The notes under the pieces are model-generated. The model was not told the origin of the DNA, searched no databases, and saw only the letters and a list, made by a program, of their open reading frames with translations. From Saprospiraceae bacterium (GTDB lineage: Bacteria; Bacteroidota; Bacteroidia; Chitinophagales; Saprospiraceae), in NCBI GenBank assembly GCA_035326365.1, contig DAOLFJ010000010.1, positions 1,657 to 33,656 of the forward strand: a DNA stretch of 32,000 bases, written 5' to 3'. Positions 24,682 to 32,000 of this stretch are shown one piece after another. Position 1 is the first letter of the stretch. The number at the start of each line of letters is the position of its first letter. The position numbers were made by a program, and so were the translations under genes.

Positions 24682-24765
24682 AAACTTTAAAGTCACTCGA
24701 AGTCAAGAATCGTTTAATAGTGGTTTAGCTCTTATGAACTATTTTTAATTACACCTTGCAAAATT

Positions 24766-25155
24766 TCAAATATCTCTACCTAATTGGGGAATATCATTTC
24801 CAATAATTTTTAATTGCATGATTGACGCTATGCTTTTAGCTCTTTCTTTGAGTAGCGTTGTCTTCTCACCTGTAAATAGTTCTTCCACAGATACATAAAA
24901 TAAGGATAGCCATCTCTCAAAATGGGCTGCTGTCATAGGATATCGAGCATTAGCCATTTGGTGTTTGGCCATAGGATTACCCGTATAATTGCCAGTATAA
25001 AAGAGCACGTTGTCCCAAAAATCATACATAACGGGCAAATGTTTTTGCCAATCTACGTGATCAAACATAAAGCCTATCATATCATCTTGTCTCACTTTGT
25101 CGTAAAAGCTATTCACCACGATTTCTATGTCCTGACGATTTTCTATATCCCTCAT
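24766..25155 (-). CDS. truncated (2-on-2) bacterial globin
   Basis: 129 aa from ATG 25155 (the track start at 25179 is a TTG). Contains FYDKVRQDDMIGFMF, FWDNVLFYTGNYTGNPM and HFERWLSLF, typical of the bacterial truncated-hemoglobin family. Confidence 0.7.
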   Translation of the reverse strand: MRDIENRQDIEIVVNSFYDKVRQDDMIGFMFDHVDWQKHLPVMYDFWDNVLFYTGNYTGNPMAKHQMANARYPMTAAHFERWLSLFYVSVEELFTGEKTTLLKERAKSIASIMQLKIIGNDIPQLGRDI

Positions 25156-25210
25156 CTTAAATATTTTTTGATTGATCAAATTTGGTTGAATATACAGGAG
25201 CGCTGCAAAT

Positions 25211-25510
25211 TTATCCCTTCGTCAGCATACACAAACTATCTTCGTCCGCATATACTTCATGCATGATATCTACAGGTATATCCTGTGATTCATATAGACG
25301 TAGTACATTGACATGATCTCCTTGCTTGTAAGTCACTTGACCCTTAAGCACCATCAGACGAGCAGGTATATTGGTTTTGTGCTGGTCTAGAGTCATGCCT
25401 TTCTTAAATCCTATAAATATGGTTTTGGAAGCTTCGCCTTGATAGTACAACTTTGCTACAGGCTTTGTGGCTGCCATTAATTTTTCTTCAATTTCCTGAA
25501 TGATTGTCAT
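25211..25510 (-). CDS. small cupin-like beta-barrel protein (paralog of 8632-8922)
   Basis: 99 aa from ATG 25510 (the track start at 25564 is a TTG inside nosY). It begins 1 nt after the nosY stop. See the paralog alignment under feature 8632-8922. Confidence 0.45.
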   Translation of the reverse strand: MTIIQEIEEKLMAATKPVAKLYYQGEASKTIFIGFKKGMTLDQHKTNIPARLMVLKGQVTYKQGDHVNVLRLYESQDIPVDIMHEVYADEDSLCMLTKG

Positions 25511-25511
25511 T

Positions 25512-26279
25512 TTACAAATCTTTTTTATTAAATAATCTGAGTGAAAACATATAGGGTAGCACAATCCATAACAACATAATCATTAAAGACACGAAAAGTC
25601 CTAAAGTAGTGCCAAACATTTTTTTAAATATTGCGCCTGTAAATCCCATCAATACGGCGACATCTACCTGGAGTAAAACTTGAATTCTCGCCAGGTCTAT
25701 CGGATTGAAAGCTGCCAAAATGGCCATCGGTTTTTCAATGGGATAATCGGCGTATTGAAACATAAAAAACAAAACCAAACCATCATAAATCAGCGATAGA
25801 AATATCCATATCATGATCGAAAGCCCGATACCTCTCGCTTTGTCCCGCATCAATATAGCGCAAAGCATGGCTATGGATACGAAGATGGTGGTGATCAACA
25901 TACCTGAAAAAATAACTGCAATACCCGTCATACTGGGGACAAAAAGTAAGACCGGCAGTCCAATCCCAATAAAAAAAGATGTATTTAAGGCTAATGCTAG
26001 TCCTAGGAATAAGGAAGACCATATCGCAGATCTTTTGACAGGTTGACTGACCAATAGTTCTATAAATTCCGCACTATTATACATGTATATATTGGCAAAG
26101 ATGATAGATACCAAAGGAACCGTAAGCAGGATTATATTCAGCATAGACATGATCCCTTTGGACGTATTGTCCTCAAGGCTGAAGATGCTCCATGAGAATA
26201 CACATAAAATCAATGTGTAGATCAATATGATTCTATTTTTCAGGATATCTAAGATGACAAACTTTGTAATACCTCTCAT
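25512..26279 (-). CDS. nosY: ABC-2 type permease NosY
   Basis: 255 aa six-TM protein. Its start overlaps the nosF stop by 4 nt, following the conserved nosD-F-Y order. Confidence 0.85.
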   Translation of the reverse strand: MRGITKFVILDILKNRIILIYTLILCVFSWSIFSLEDNTSKGIMSMLNIILLTVPLVSIIFANIYMYNSAEFIELLVSQPVKRSAIWSSLFLGLALALNTSFFIGIGLPVLLFVPSMTGIAVIFSGMLITTIFVSIAMLCAILMRDKARGIGLSIMIWIFLSLIYDGLVLFFMFQYADYPIEKPMAILAAFNPIDLARIQVLLQVDVAVLMGFTGAIFKKMFGTTLGLFVSLMIMLLWIVLPYMFSLRLFNKKDL

Positions 26280-26986
26280 AACTTTAAATTTTTAAGCAGT
26301 TTGCTAATGGCTTTCGAAACCCTATTTTCATTGGTTTCTTCAAATAAAGCGGTGATCGTTTTATTGAACAAAACTTCAGATTCCTGCATAAAAATAATAT
26401 CGGTCAGCATATCATCCAATTCACTGAGTAAATGGGAAGTAATAAGGATAAGCTTTCCTTTTTCTCTTTCTTGGATGATCTTATCTCTAAGTATTTCTGA
26501 TGCTAAAGGATCTAGACCAGCCGTAGGTTCATCCAGTATAAGAACGGTCGGATTAAAAAGAAAAGCTATCGTGGCGCTTACTTTTTGGGTGGTTCCTCCG
26601 GATAATGTACGCATTTTTTTATCTTCCAAATGTCTCAGACCAAAGGATTCATAAAGATCCAGATCTTCTACGCCACTATAACATCTGATATCTCTGATCA
26701 TATCGATCACTTGTTTGATGCTCATATTTTCGGGATATCTGCCTATCTGCGGCATATAACCTATGTCTTTTTTGTACTGAACCTCTCGATGAATATTTTT
26801 ACCATTAAAATGAATAGTACCATGATCAGGTACTACCATACTCAATATACTTTTGATCATCGTGGTCTTACCACAAGCATTAGGACCAATCAATCCTATA
26901 CATTTGCCTGCATCGAGCGAAAGAGACACATCTTTTAATGCCTGTGTTTTGCCAAATGATTTTGAAATATTTTTTAGTTCAATCAT
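26276..26986 (-). CDS. nosF: ABC transporter ATP-binding protein NosF
   Basis: 236 aa. Walker A GPNACGKTT, signature LSGGTTQK, Walker B LILDEPTAGLD. Overlaps the nosD stop by 4 nt. Confidence 0.9.
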   Translation of the reverse strand: MIELKNISKSFGKTQALKDVSLSLDAGKCIGLIGPNACGKTTMIKSILSMVVPDHGTIHFNGKNIHREVQYKKDIGYMPQIGRYPENMSIKQVIDMIRDIRCYSGVEDLDLYESFGLRHLEDKKMRTLSGGTTQKVSATIAFLFNPTVLILDEPTAGLDPLASEILRDKIIQEREKGKLILITSHLLSELDDMLTDIIFMQESEVLFNKTITALFEETNENRVSKAISKLLKNLKL

Positions 26987-28233
26987 AATGCATAGGGTTT
27001 TATGACCGGTGTATTATCCTTAAATGCTTCAGGGGTAATACTTGGAATAAGTTTTTCTGTCCGCTCCAGTAATGTCACCATAAAACTTCTGAAAAGCAAC
27101 ATGGCAATCGGATTGTTTTCAATAATCACTGAATATAGACTGAGTGGATGAAAAGGTACATCTCCAATACCATCTCTGTCAAGATCATACCCTTCGTACT
27201 TGTCCCAATAATTATGTCTAAAAGAATTGAGTACCAAAGATCCATTTGTACTTACATCAAAGGTATTGTTGTTAAAATTATTCTCAAAGACTTCATTTTC
27301 CATACAGTTTGCCTGAATTTTGAGACTATATCCGTTTCCGCTGAATACATTTTTATGAATCAATATCCTATTAGCGCCTTCTAGAAAGAGGGCTGCGGTA
27401 TTGTTTAAAAATTTATTGCCACGAATTTCAGCATCCGAAATTTCTTTTAGCAGTATTCCGTAAGAGGCATCTCCTGTACTGTTTTTAAATGTATTGCTAT
27501 ACATAACCACATGTTTGGTAAACATCACGGCTACGCCTGCTCCATTGCCATCAAAAATATTATTGATATAAGCATCATTATTTGAAAACATAAAGTGTAA
27601 ACCATAACGAATATTAGCCATAGAAATATTGCGCCAAACAACGGAATGAGTCACAAATTCAAAATAGATGCCATCTCGGTGACCTTCTATATGGTTGCCT
27701 ATGATTTGCAAACTATCTGATTTCCAGCAGTGTATGCCGTTACCAATCTGCTGTTCTTCCACACCGTAGGCTTTCAGTCGATTATTTCGGATGAGACAAT
27801 GTTTGCCATACTGAATGTAGATGCCAAAAAAATTATTTTCCAACACATTGTCTTCAATGATGATGTGGTTACCATCATATACTTTGATACCACCGGGATC
27901 ATTTAATGAAGCGAAACCTGAATTTTGCACTTGAAAGCCACGGAAAGTGACGCTGTCTGACTTAATAGAAACTACTTCATACTTTTTGTCACCATCTATG
28001 ACGGGGAGATCTATGCCGATCATTACGAGCTTTTTATTGATCACAATATTGCCTTCCTTGTATTTACTATGATGGACATAAATGGTATCATTATCATGCG
28101 CATTCAAGAGTGCAGACCGGATCTGTTTAAATTCTTTATTGGGTCCTACATGTAAAGTACGACTATGGACCATGGGAATAGTCACAAAAAACATTACTAC
28201 CCAAAAGAAGTATTTATGTGTGTTGACAGTCAT
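26983..28233 (-). CDS. nosD: periplasmic copper-processing protein NosD (parallel beta-helix repeats)
   Basis: 416 aa. Signal peptide, then repeated beta-helix units (IIEDNVLENNFFGIYI, IRNNRLKAYG, IIGNHIEGHRDGIYF, VWRNISMANIRYGLHF, IRGNKFLNN, IHKNVFSGNGY). Confidence 0.9.
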   Translation of the reverse strand: MTVNTHKYFFWVVMFFVTIPMVHSRTLHVGPNKEFKQIRSALLNAHDNDTIYVHHSKYKEGNIVINKKLVMIGIDLPVIDGDKKYEVVSIKSDSVTFRGFQVQNSGFASLNDPGGIKVYDGNHIIIEDNVLENNFFGIYIQYGKHCLIRNNRLKAYGVEEQQIGNGIHCWKSDSLQIIGNHIEGHRDGIYFEFVTHSVVWRNISMANIRYGLHFMFSNNDAYINNIFDGNGAGVAVMFTKHVVMYSNTFKNSTGDASYGILLKEISDAEIRGNKFLNNTAALFLEGANRILIHKNVFSGNGYSLKIQANCMENEVFENNFNNNTFDVSTNGSLVLNSFRHNYWDKYEGYDLDRDGIGDVPFHPLSLYSVIIENNPIAMLLFRSFMVTLLERTEKLIPSITPEAFKDNTPVIKPYAL

Positions 28234-28238
28234 TAAGA

Positions 28239-29252
28239 TTATTTACGCTGATTAATGGTAGCCCAATCAGTCTTTGTTGCTTCCGTTTTTATGAGATATT
28301 CACTGGCTTCCGCATCGGATTTAAAGGCTGCAATATTTCCCGCCATAGGACTTTTTAGTGTTCCCCCAGAGATATAGCTTGCATTCTCAGCAGGAATCAA
28401 CTCATTATTACCCGTATAATCGTGCACAAAATGACTTTTTACCGCTTTATCGGGATTTTCTTGTTTAAATGCTACCATACAAGATATGTCATCAAACTTA
28501 AATATTCTCCCCTTGGATGTAATCAGTTCGGCGCCAAAATGTCCGTCTGAAATATTCATTTTACAAAACGCACAAGTATCTTTGTTCAAAAGAATTGGCT
28601 CAGGCCCTTCAGGTGTACAGGACAGTAGAAATAGGATCGGAAGTATCCAAATAGCTGTTTTTGGCTTAGACTTTATGAATTTATTCAATAATCCAGCTTC
28701 AATGACATATACAGTAGCTATCAATACTCCACCCAATAATAACAGCCATCCCCCAATGTCCGGAATGGAATAGGCCCCGAAGTTGAGCAATTGTTTGAAA
28801 CCAATTAATGGCGGCTGATAGGCCATACCTGGTACTATGATAGCAGCCGTAGGATCTAGATTGTGTCCATACTCATACTCCCATCTCCAGAAATCATACA
28901 TTGCTAAAACACCAAATAAACCAAAAAAGATGAGTAATATCAGTACACTTCTTTTGCTTTTTAAATATGCTGAAAAAAGAGCCCAAAGACCAAAAAAACC
29001 GATAATATATGGCAAGACTGTAAATTCAATAAACTCCTCTGCATGAATGGTTTTCATCCCGATGTAGTGATTGAGTCCGTTGATGATATCTACATCTCCG
29101 CCCATTCTATTGGCATAAATATGTAGCGCCAAGCCCTCGGGATACTGTGGGGCATCTAGCTCAATACGCCATATAGGAAAAACAATGGCTGACAAGATGC
29201 AAATACCTGATAAGATCAGCATGGGGACTGAATATTTAGAAAAAGTACTCAT
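28239..29252 (-). CDS. nosL: fusion of a nosB-like integral membrane domain with the copper-chaperone lipoprotein domain NosL
   Basis: 337 aa from ATG 29252 (the track start at 29318 is a TTG). The N-terminal ~200 aa are multi-TM (WRIELDAPQYPEGL... periplasmic loop). An internal signal-like segment with a lipobox follows (TAIWILPILFLLSC). The NosL domain then contains CAFCKMNISDGHFGAELI...FDDISCMVAF. Confidence 0.75.
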   Translation of the reverse strand: MSTFSKYSVPMLILSGICILSAIVFPIWRIELDAPQYPEGLALHIYANRMGGDVDIINGLNHYIGMKTIHAEEFIEFTVLPYIIGFFGLWALFSAYLKSKRSVLILLIFFGLFGVLAMYDFWRWEYEYGHNLDPTAAIIVPGMAYQPPLIGFKQLLNFGAYSIPDIGGWLLLLGGVLIATVYVIEAGLLNKFIKSKPKTAIWILPILFLLSCTPEGPEPILLNKDTCAFCKMNISDGHFGAELITSKGRIFKFDDISCMVAFKQENPDKAVKSHFVHDYTGNNELIPAENASYISGGTLKSPMAGNIAAFKSDAEASEYLIKTEATKTDWATINQRK

Positions 29253-29434
29253 GATATTTATTTTTTGAATGTAAAAAAGAAGGTATTGTGCTTTTACCTT
29301 AAGTAAATTGGATGTCAAAATAATATTATTCTTAAAGCTACTAGCCGCTGCGGCGAATGTTTTAAATCGATACTACTGCAATACAACTTCTTTTTATTTA
29401 TGTTTACTAAGAAGTAAAGCCGTCTCTTTTTGAA

Positions 29435-29470
29435 CAAAAAGGGAACAGGAAGACAAATCTTACTGTTCCC
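29435..29470 (-). terminator. strong intrinsic terminator / attenuator immediately after nosZ
   Basis: GGGAACAG-g-AAGA-CAAA-TCTT-a-CTGTTCCC (8+4 bp stem with a tetraloop), followed on the minus strand by TTTTTG. It lies 28 nt downstream of the nosZ stop. Confidence 0.7.
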
Positions 29471-29497
29471 CTTTGATAAAAAAATGAAAAAACCTAT

Positions 29498-31489
29498 TTA
29501 TTTGACGGGTGTCTCTGGTTCAGTTGCTTTTTTTCCTACGTGGAATGTTAAAGGCACTTTACTACCTGCTGGAGAGACTCTCACATAACCTTGCATTTCT
29601 TGGTGTAATGCGCTACAGAAATCTGTACAATAGATAGGCACAATACCCACTCTGTCCGGTACCCATTTTAAAGTTGTGGTTTCACCTGGCATGATCAGCA
29701 ATTCAGCATTGTTGGCACCTTTGACACCAAATCCGTGTGGTACATCCCAGTCTTGTTCCAAATTGGTCACGTGAAAATATACTTCATCACCTAGTCTGAT
29801 GCCTTCTATATTGTCAGGGGCAAAGTGAGATCTGATAGCGGTCATATATACATGGACCTGATTACCTTCCCTTACCACTTTAGCTTCAGCTTCTCCTTTG
29901 GCGACTCTTGGGTGTTTGTTTTCGGCAATTGGATATATCTTTAGCTGTCCATTATTTCTGATCAGGTCGGCTGGGGCGGATTGTGCGTAATGTGGCTCTC
30001 CAATAGTTGGGTAATCCAGGATCATTTGCATTTTTTCGCCACTGATATCAAATAACTGAGCACTCTGAGCTAATTCAGGACCTGTAGGGAGATATCTGTC
30101 TTTAGTTATTTTATTGTATGCTACCAAATATTTTGGTGATGGTTTTCTGGTATTTCCGCCCGGGATACTTAAGTGACCTACAGAATAAAAAGTAGGTACT
30201 CTGTCCACAACGGTTAAATCCTTGATATTCCATTTTACAATTTCGGAAGACACAAAAAATGAAGTGTATGCAAATCCTTTACCGTCAAACTCCGTATGTA
30301 ATGGCCCAAGACCTGGTTTTTTTACTTCACCATATAAGGCTTCTTCATATTTTACAATAGGAATACCTTCATATTCTCCATCATAAGCCTTATTGGCTAT
30401 GGCTTTTTGCAATTTATCAAAGCTAAAGACAGGAAGAACTGCAGCCAACTTACCACTACCTACGATGTACTCACCCGTCGGGTCCACATCACAACCGTGA
30501 GGTGACTTAGGACATGGAATCATATAACAGATATCTTTCAATTCTGTCACATCGAGTACGATCACTTCATTTTTGATAGTTGAGGTACCTGTATGCGACG
30601 CTTCGTCCCAAACATTATGTGCATATTTGACTTTTTGTTTTACCCCTTTACCTGCTTTGAGATACTCTTCCGCTTTTTTCCAGTTGACAGCCATGATAAA
30701 ATCCTTATCCTTTTGCGATGCATTTACTTCTAGCAAGGTATTGGCCTGTTCTGTATTGTAACAAGAGAAGAAAAACCATCCGTGAGATTTGTCTCTACCG
30801 CAACGAGCAAGGTCAAAGTTGACACCTGGTGTTTTGAGTTGGAAGGCTATATTCATTTCACCCGATTCTTTGTCCACACTTACAAATGAAATGTGGCCTT
30901 TAAAATTCTTTTTGTAAGAATCGATTGGAACATCTCCATCTGCGTCATCTGGTGGTACAGAAAATCTTGTGCCCGCAACGATATATTCAGAGTTTTCAGT
31001 ACCAAAAGGTGAACTGTGGTTTCCAGCACTATTGGGTAATTCCAAAATCTCTGCCGTTTTAAATGTTTTTAAATCCACTCTAGCTAGTCTTGGTGTATTA
31101 TTGGCATTGGCAAAAGCCCATTTTCCATTGATCTCACCAGTAGTTTGAGATAACTCTACGTGGTGGAGGTCATCCCAAGGCACAAAACCATGAGATGTAT
31201 TGAGCATTGGTTTCGTCTCTTCACTGTATCCCCATCCTTTTTCAGGGTCTACAGAAAATACAGGGATCACTCTAAAAAGACGTCCACTCGGAAGTCCGTA
31301 CACAGACATCTGACCACTGAATCCGCCACTGACAAAATTGTAATATTCGTCATATTGGCCAGGAGCTACGAAAGCCTTTACACTTGAGTCACCCATAACT
31401 GTAGTCCCTGCATTTTTGGGTCGACATGAAATAGAAAACATCAATATACCCGATAAGAGTATAAACGTAAATATTTGTTTGGTTTTCAT
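29498..31489 (-). CDS. nosZ: nitrous-oxide reductase, clade II (Sec/lipoprotein-type) NosZ
   Basis: 663 aa. N-terminus MKTKQIFTFILLSGILMFSISC has a lipobox and no twin-arginine motif. Contains WDDLHHV (CuZ His pair) and the C-terminal CuA motif CTDFCSALHQEM. Confidence 0.95.
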   Translation of the reverse strand: MKTKQIFTFILLSGILMFSISCRPKNAGTTVMGDSSVKAFVAPGQYDEYYNFVSGGFSGQMSVYGLPSGRLFRVIPVFSVDPEKGWGYSEETKPMLNTSHGFVPWDDLHHVELSQTTGEINGKWAFANANNTPRLARVDLKTFKTAEILELPNSAGNHSSPFGTENSEYIVAGTRFSVPPDDADGDVPIDSYKKNFKGHISFVSVDKESGEMNIAFQLKTPGVNFDLARCGRDKSHGWFFFSCYNTEQANTLLEVNASQKDKDFIMAVNWKKAEEYLKAGKGVKQKVKYAHNVWDEASHTGTSTIKNEVIVLDVTELKDICYMIPCPKSPHGCDVDPTGEYIVGSGKLAAVLPVFSFDKLQKAIANKAYDGEYEGIPIVKYEEALYGEVKKPGLGPLHTEFDGKGFAYTSFFVSSEIVKWNIKDLTVVDRVPTFYSVGHLSIPGGNTRKPSPKYLVAYNKITKDRYLPTGPELAQSAQLFDISGEKMQMILDYPTIGEPHYAQSAPADLIRNNGQLKIYPIAENKHPRVAKGEAEAKVVREGNQVHVYMTAIRSHFAPDNIEGIRLGDEVYFHVTNLEQDWDVPHGFGVKGANNAELLIMPGETTTLKWVPDRVGIVPIYCTDFCSALHQEMQGYVRVSPAGSKVPLTFHVGKKATEPETPVK

Positions 31490-31511
31490 TCTACTTTGTT
31501 TTAAGGTTGAT

Positions 31512-32000
31512 TTATTTTACGCCATCATTTTTACGCATAAATTCTAAGATGTTTCTCGCCTCCTCATCTACAAGACTTTGATTAGGCATTCTTACAAGAC
31601 ATAATTCTAATTGAGCTTGTAGCGCTGGGTCTTTGTCAATCATTGGGTCAGGATTGGTAATGAAATTCATGATCCAGTGACTTGTTCTCCTTTCAGTAAC
31701 ACCTTTCCATCCCGGACCTACAAGTTTCTCTTCACTAAGCTTATGGCAAGATGTACACTTTACACCAGCAGATTTTTCTCCTGCAGCTGCAAATGTTTCG
31801 TTAAGAGTAGCATCAACTTTTACATTGTCTGCATTAAATTTGCCTTCGCCTCGAGTAGGGTCATAACTAGATGGTTCAGATGGTTTTACATCAGGAGTTG
31901 CTGGTGTTTCAGCAGCAGTTTCTGTTTTCGGAGCTCCACCGCCACATGCTATGAAAAATCCAAAGGTTACAAATGCTAAAAGAATTTTAATGTTTCGCAT
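31512..32000 (-). CDS. monoheme c-type cytochrome lipoprotein, probable electron donor to NosZ
   Basis: 162 aa. Lipobox FFIACGG, Pro/Glu/Thr-rich linker, CTSCH heme motif and a downstream Met (LCLVRMPNQ). It lies 22 nt upstream of nosZ. Confidence 0.8.
   Translation of the reverse strand: MRNIKILLAFVTFGFFIACGGGAPKTETAAETPATPDVKPSEPSSYDPTRGEGKFNADNVKVDATLNETFAAAGEKSAGVKCTSCHKLSEEKLVGPGWKGVTERRTSHWIMNFITNPDPMIDKDPALQAQLELCLVRMPNQSLVDEEARNILEFMRKNDGVK

Noticed and set aside
25168-25179. TTGAT-TG-ATCAA just upstream of the globin ATG as an FNR site
   Set aside because: The half-sites are perfect, but the spacing is TTGA-N4-TCAA instead of the canonical TTGA-N6-TCAA. It sits 13-24 nt from the ATG inside an operon with no room for a promoter.
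24922-26938. ORFs 24922-25266 (+), 25783-26022 (-), 25813-26046 (+), 26301-26654 (+) and 26630-26938 (+)
   Set aside because: They are antisense to, or out of frame within, the globin, nosY and nosF genes.
27148-31979. Plus-strand ORFs 27148-27384, 28486-28773, 28837-29046, 30573-30761, 31160-31387 and 31677-31979
   Set aside because: They are antisense to nosD, nosL, nosZ and the cytochrome c gene.
1-32000. CRISPR arrays, transposases or IS ends, integrases, phage genes, rRNA or tRNA genes
   Set aside because: Scanning the ORF translations and intergenic regions found no direct-repeat/spacer periodicity, no DDE or tyrosine-recombinase-like ORF, and no terminal inverted repeats flanking a block.

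Overview
AT-rich chromosomal segment with Bacteroidota hallmarks: many lipoprotein signal peptides, no obvious Shine-Dalgarno sequences, TAnnTTTG-type -7 boxes, and TolC-MFP-RND gene order. It reads as a nitric-oxide / nitrous-oxide handling island. Right end, minus strand: a clade-II-type nos operon (monoheme cytochrome c, Sec/lipoprotein-type nosZ, a membrane-domain::nosL fusion, nosD, nosF, nosY, a small cupin-like protein, a truncated globin). This is followed by a PAP2/vanadium-haloperoxidase-like lipoprotein gene and a quinol-type NO reductase (qNor). Centre, plus strand: a Crp/Fnr-family regulator with a 12-TM His-motif membrane protein, a fasciclin lipoprotein, a secreted HMA (GMxCxxC) protein, then an operon of a small beta-barrel-like protein, RIC/ScdA di-iron repair protein, nrdD and nrdG, and then an Rrf2 (NsrR-like, 3-Cys) regulator. 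Left half, minus strand: ten tightly packed genes (membrane protein, unknown 242-aa protein, Dps, TetR, membrane protein, His-rich lipoprotein, cupin-like protein, TolC-MFP-RND), then a cytochrome c'-like lipoprotein, chrA and a truncated MFS gene. Main hunt results: (1) an identical 22-nt palindromic box sits in the promoter regions of the ric-nrdDG operon and the PAP2-qNor genes, a candidate NO-responsive operator not assignable to a described motif. (2) nrdD is broken by a +1 frame change that separates the glycyl-radical motif from the catalytic body. (3) There are several unusual gene fusions and linkages: nosB-like::nosL, PAP2 with qNor, ric with nrdDG, and cupin paralogs in two operons. 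No rRNA, tRNA, CRISPR array or mobile element was seen.
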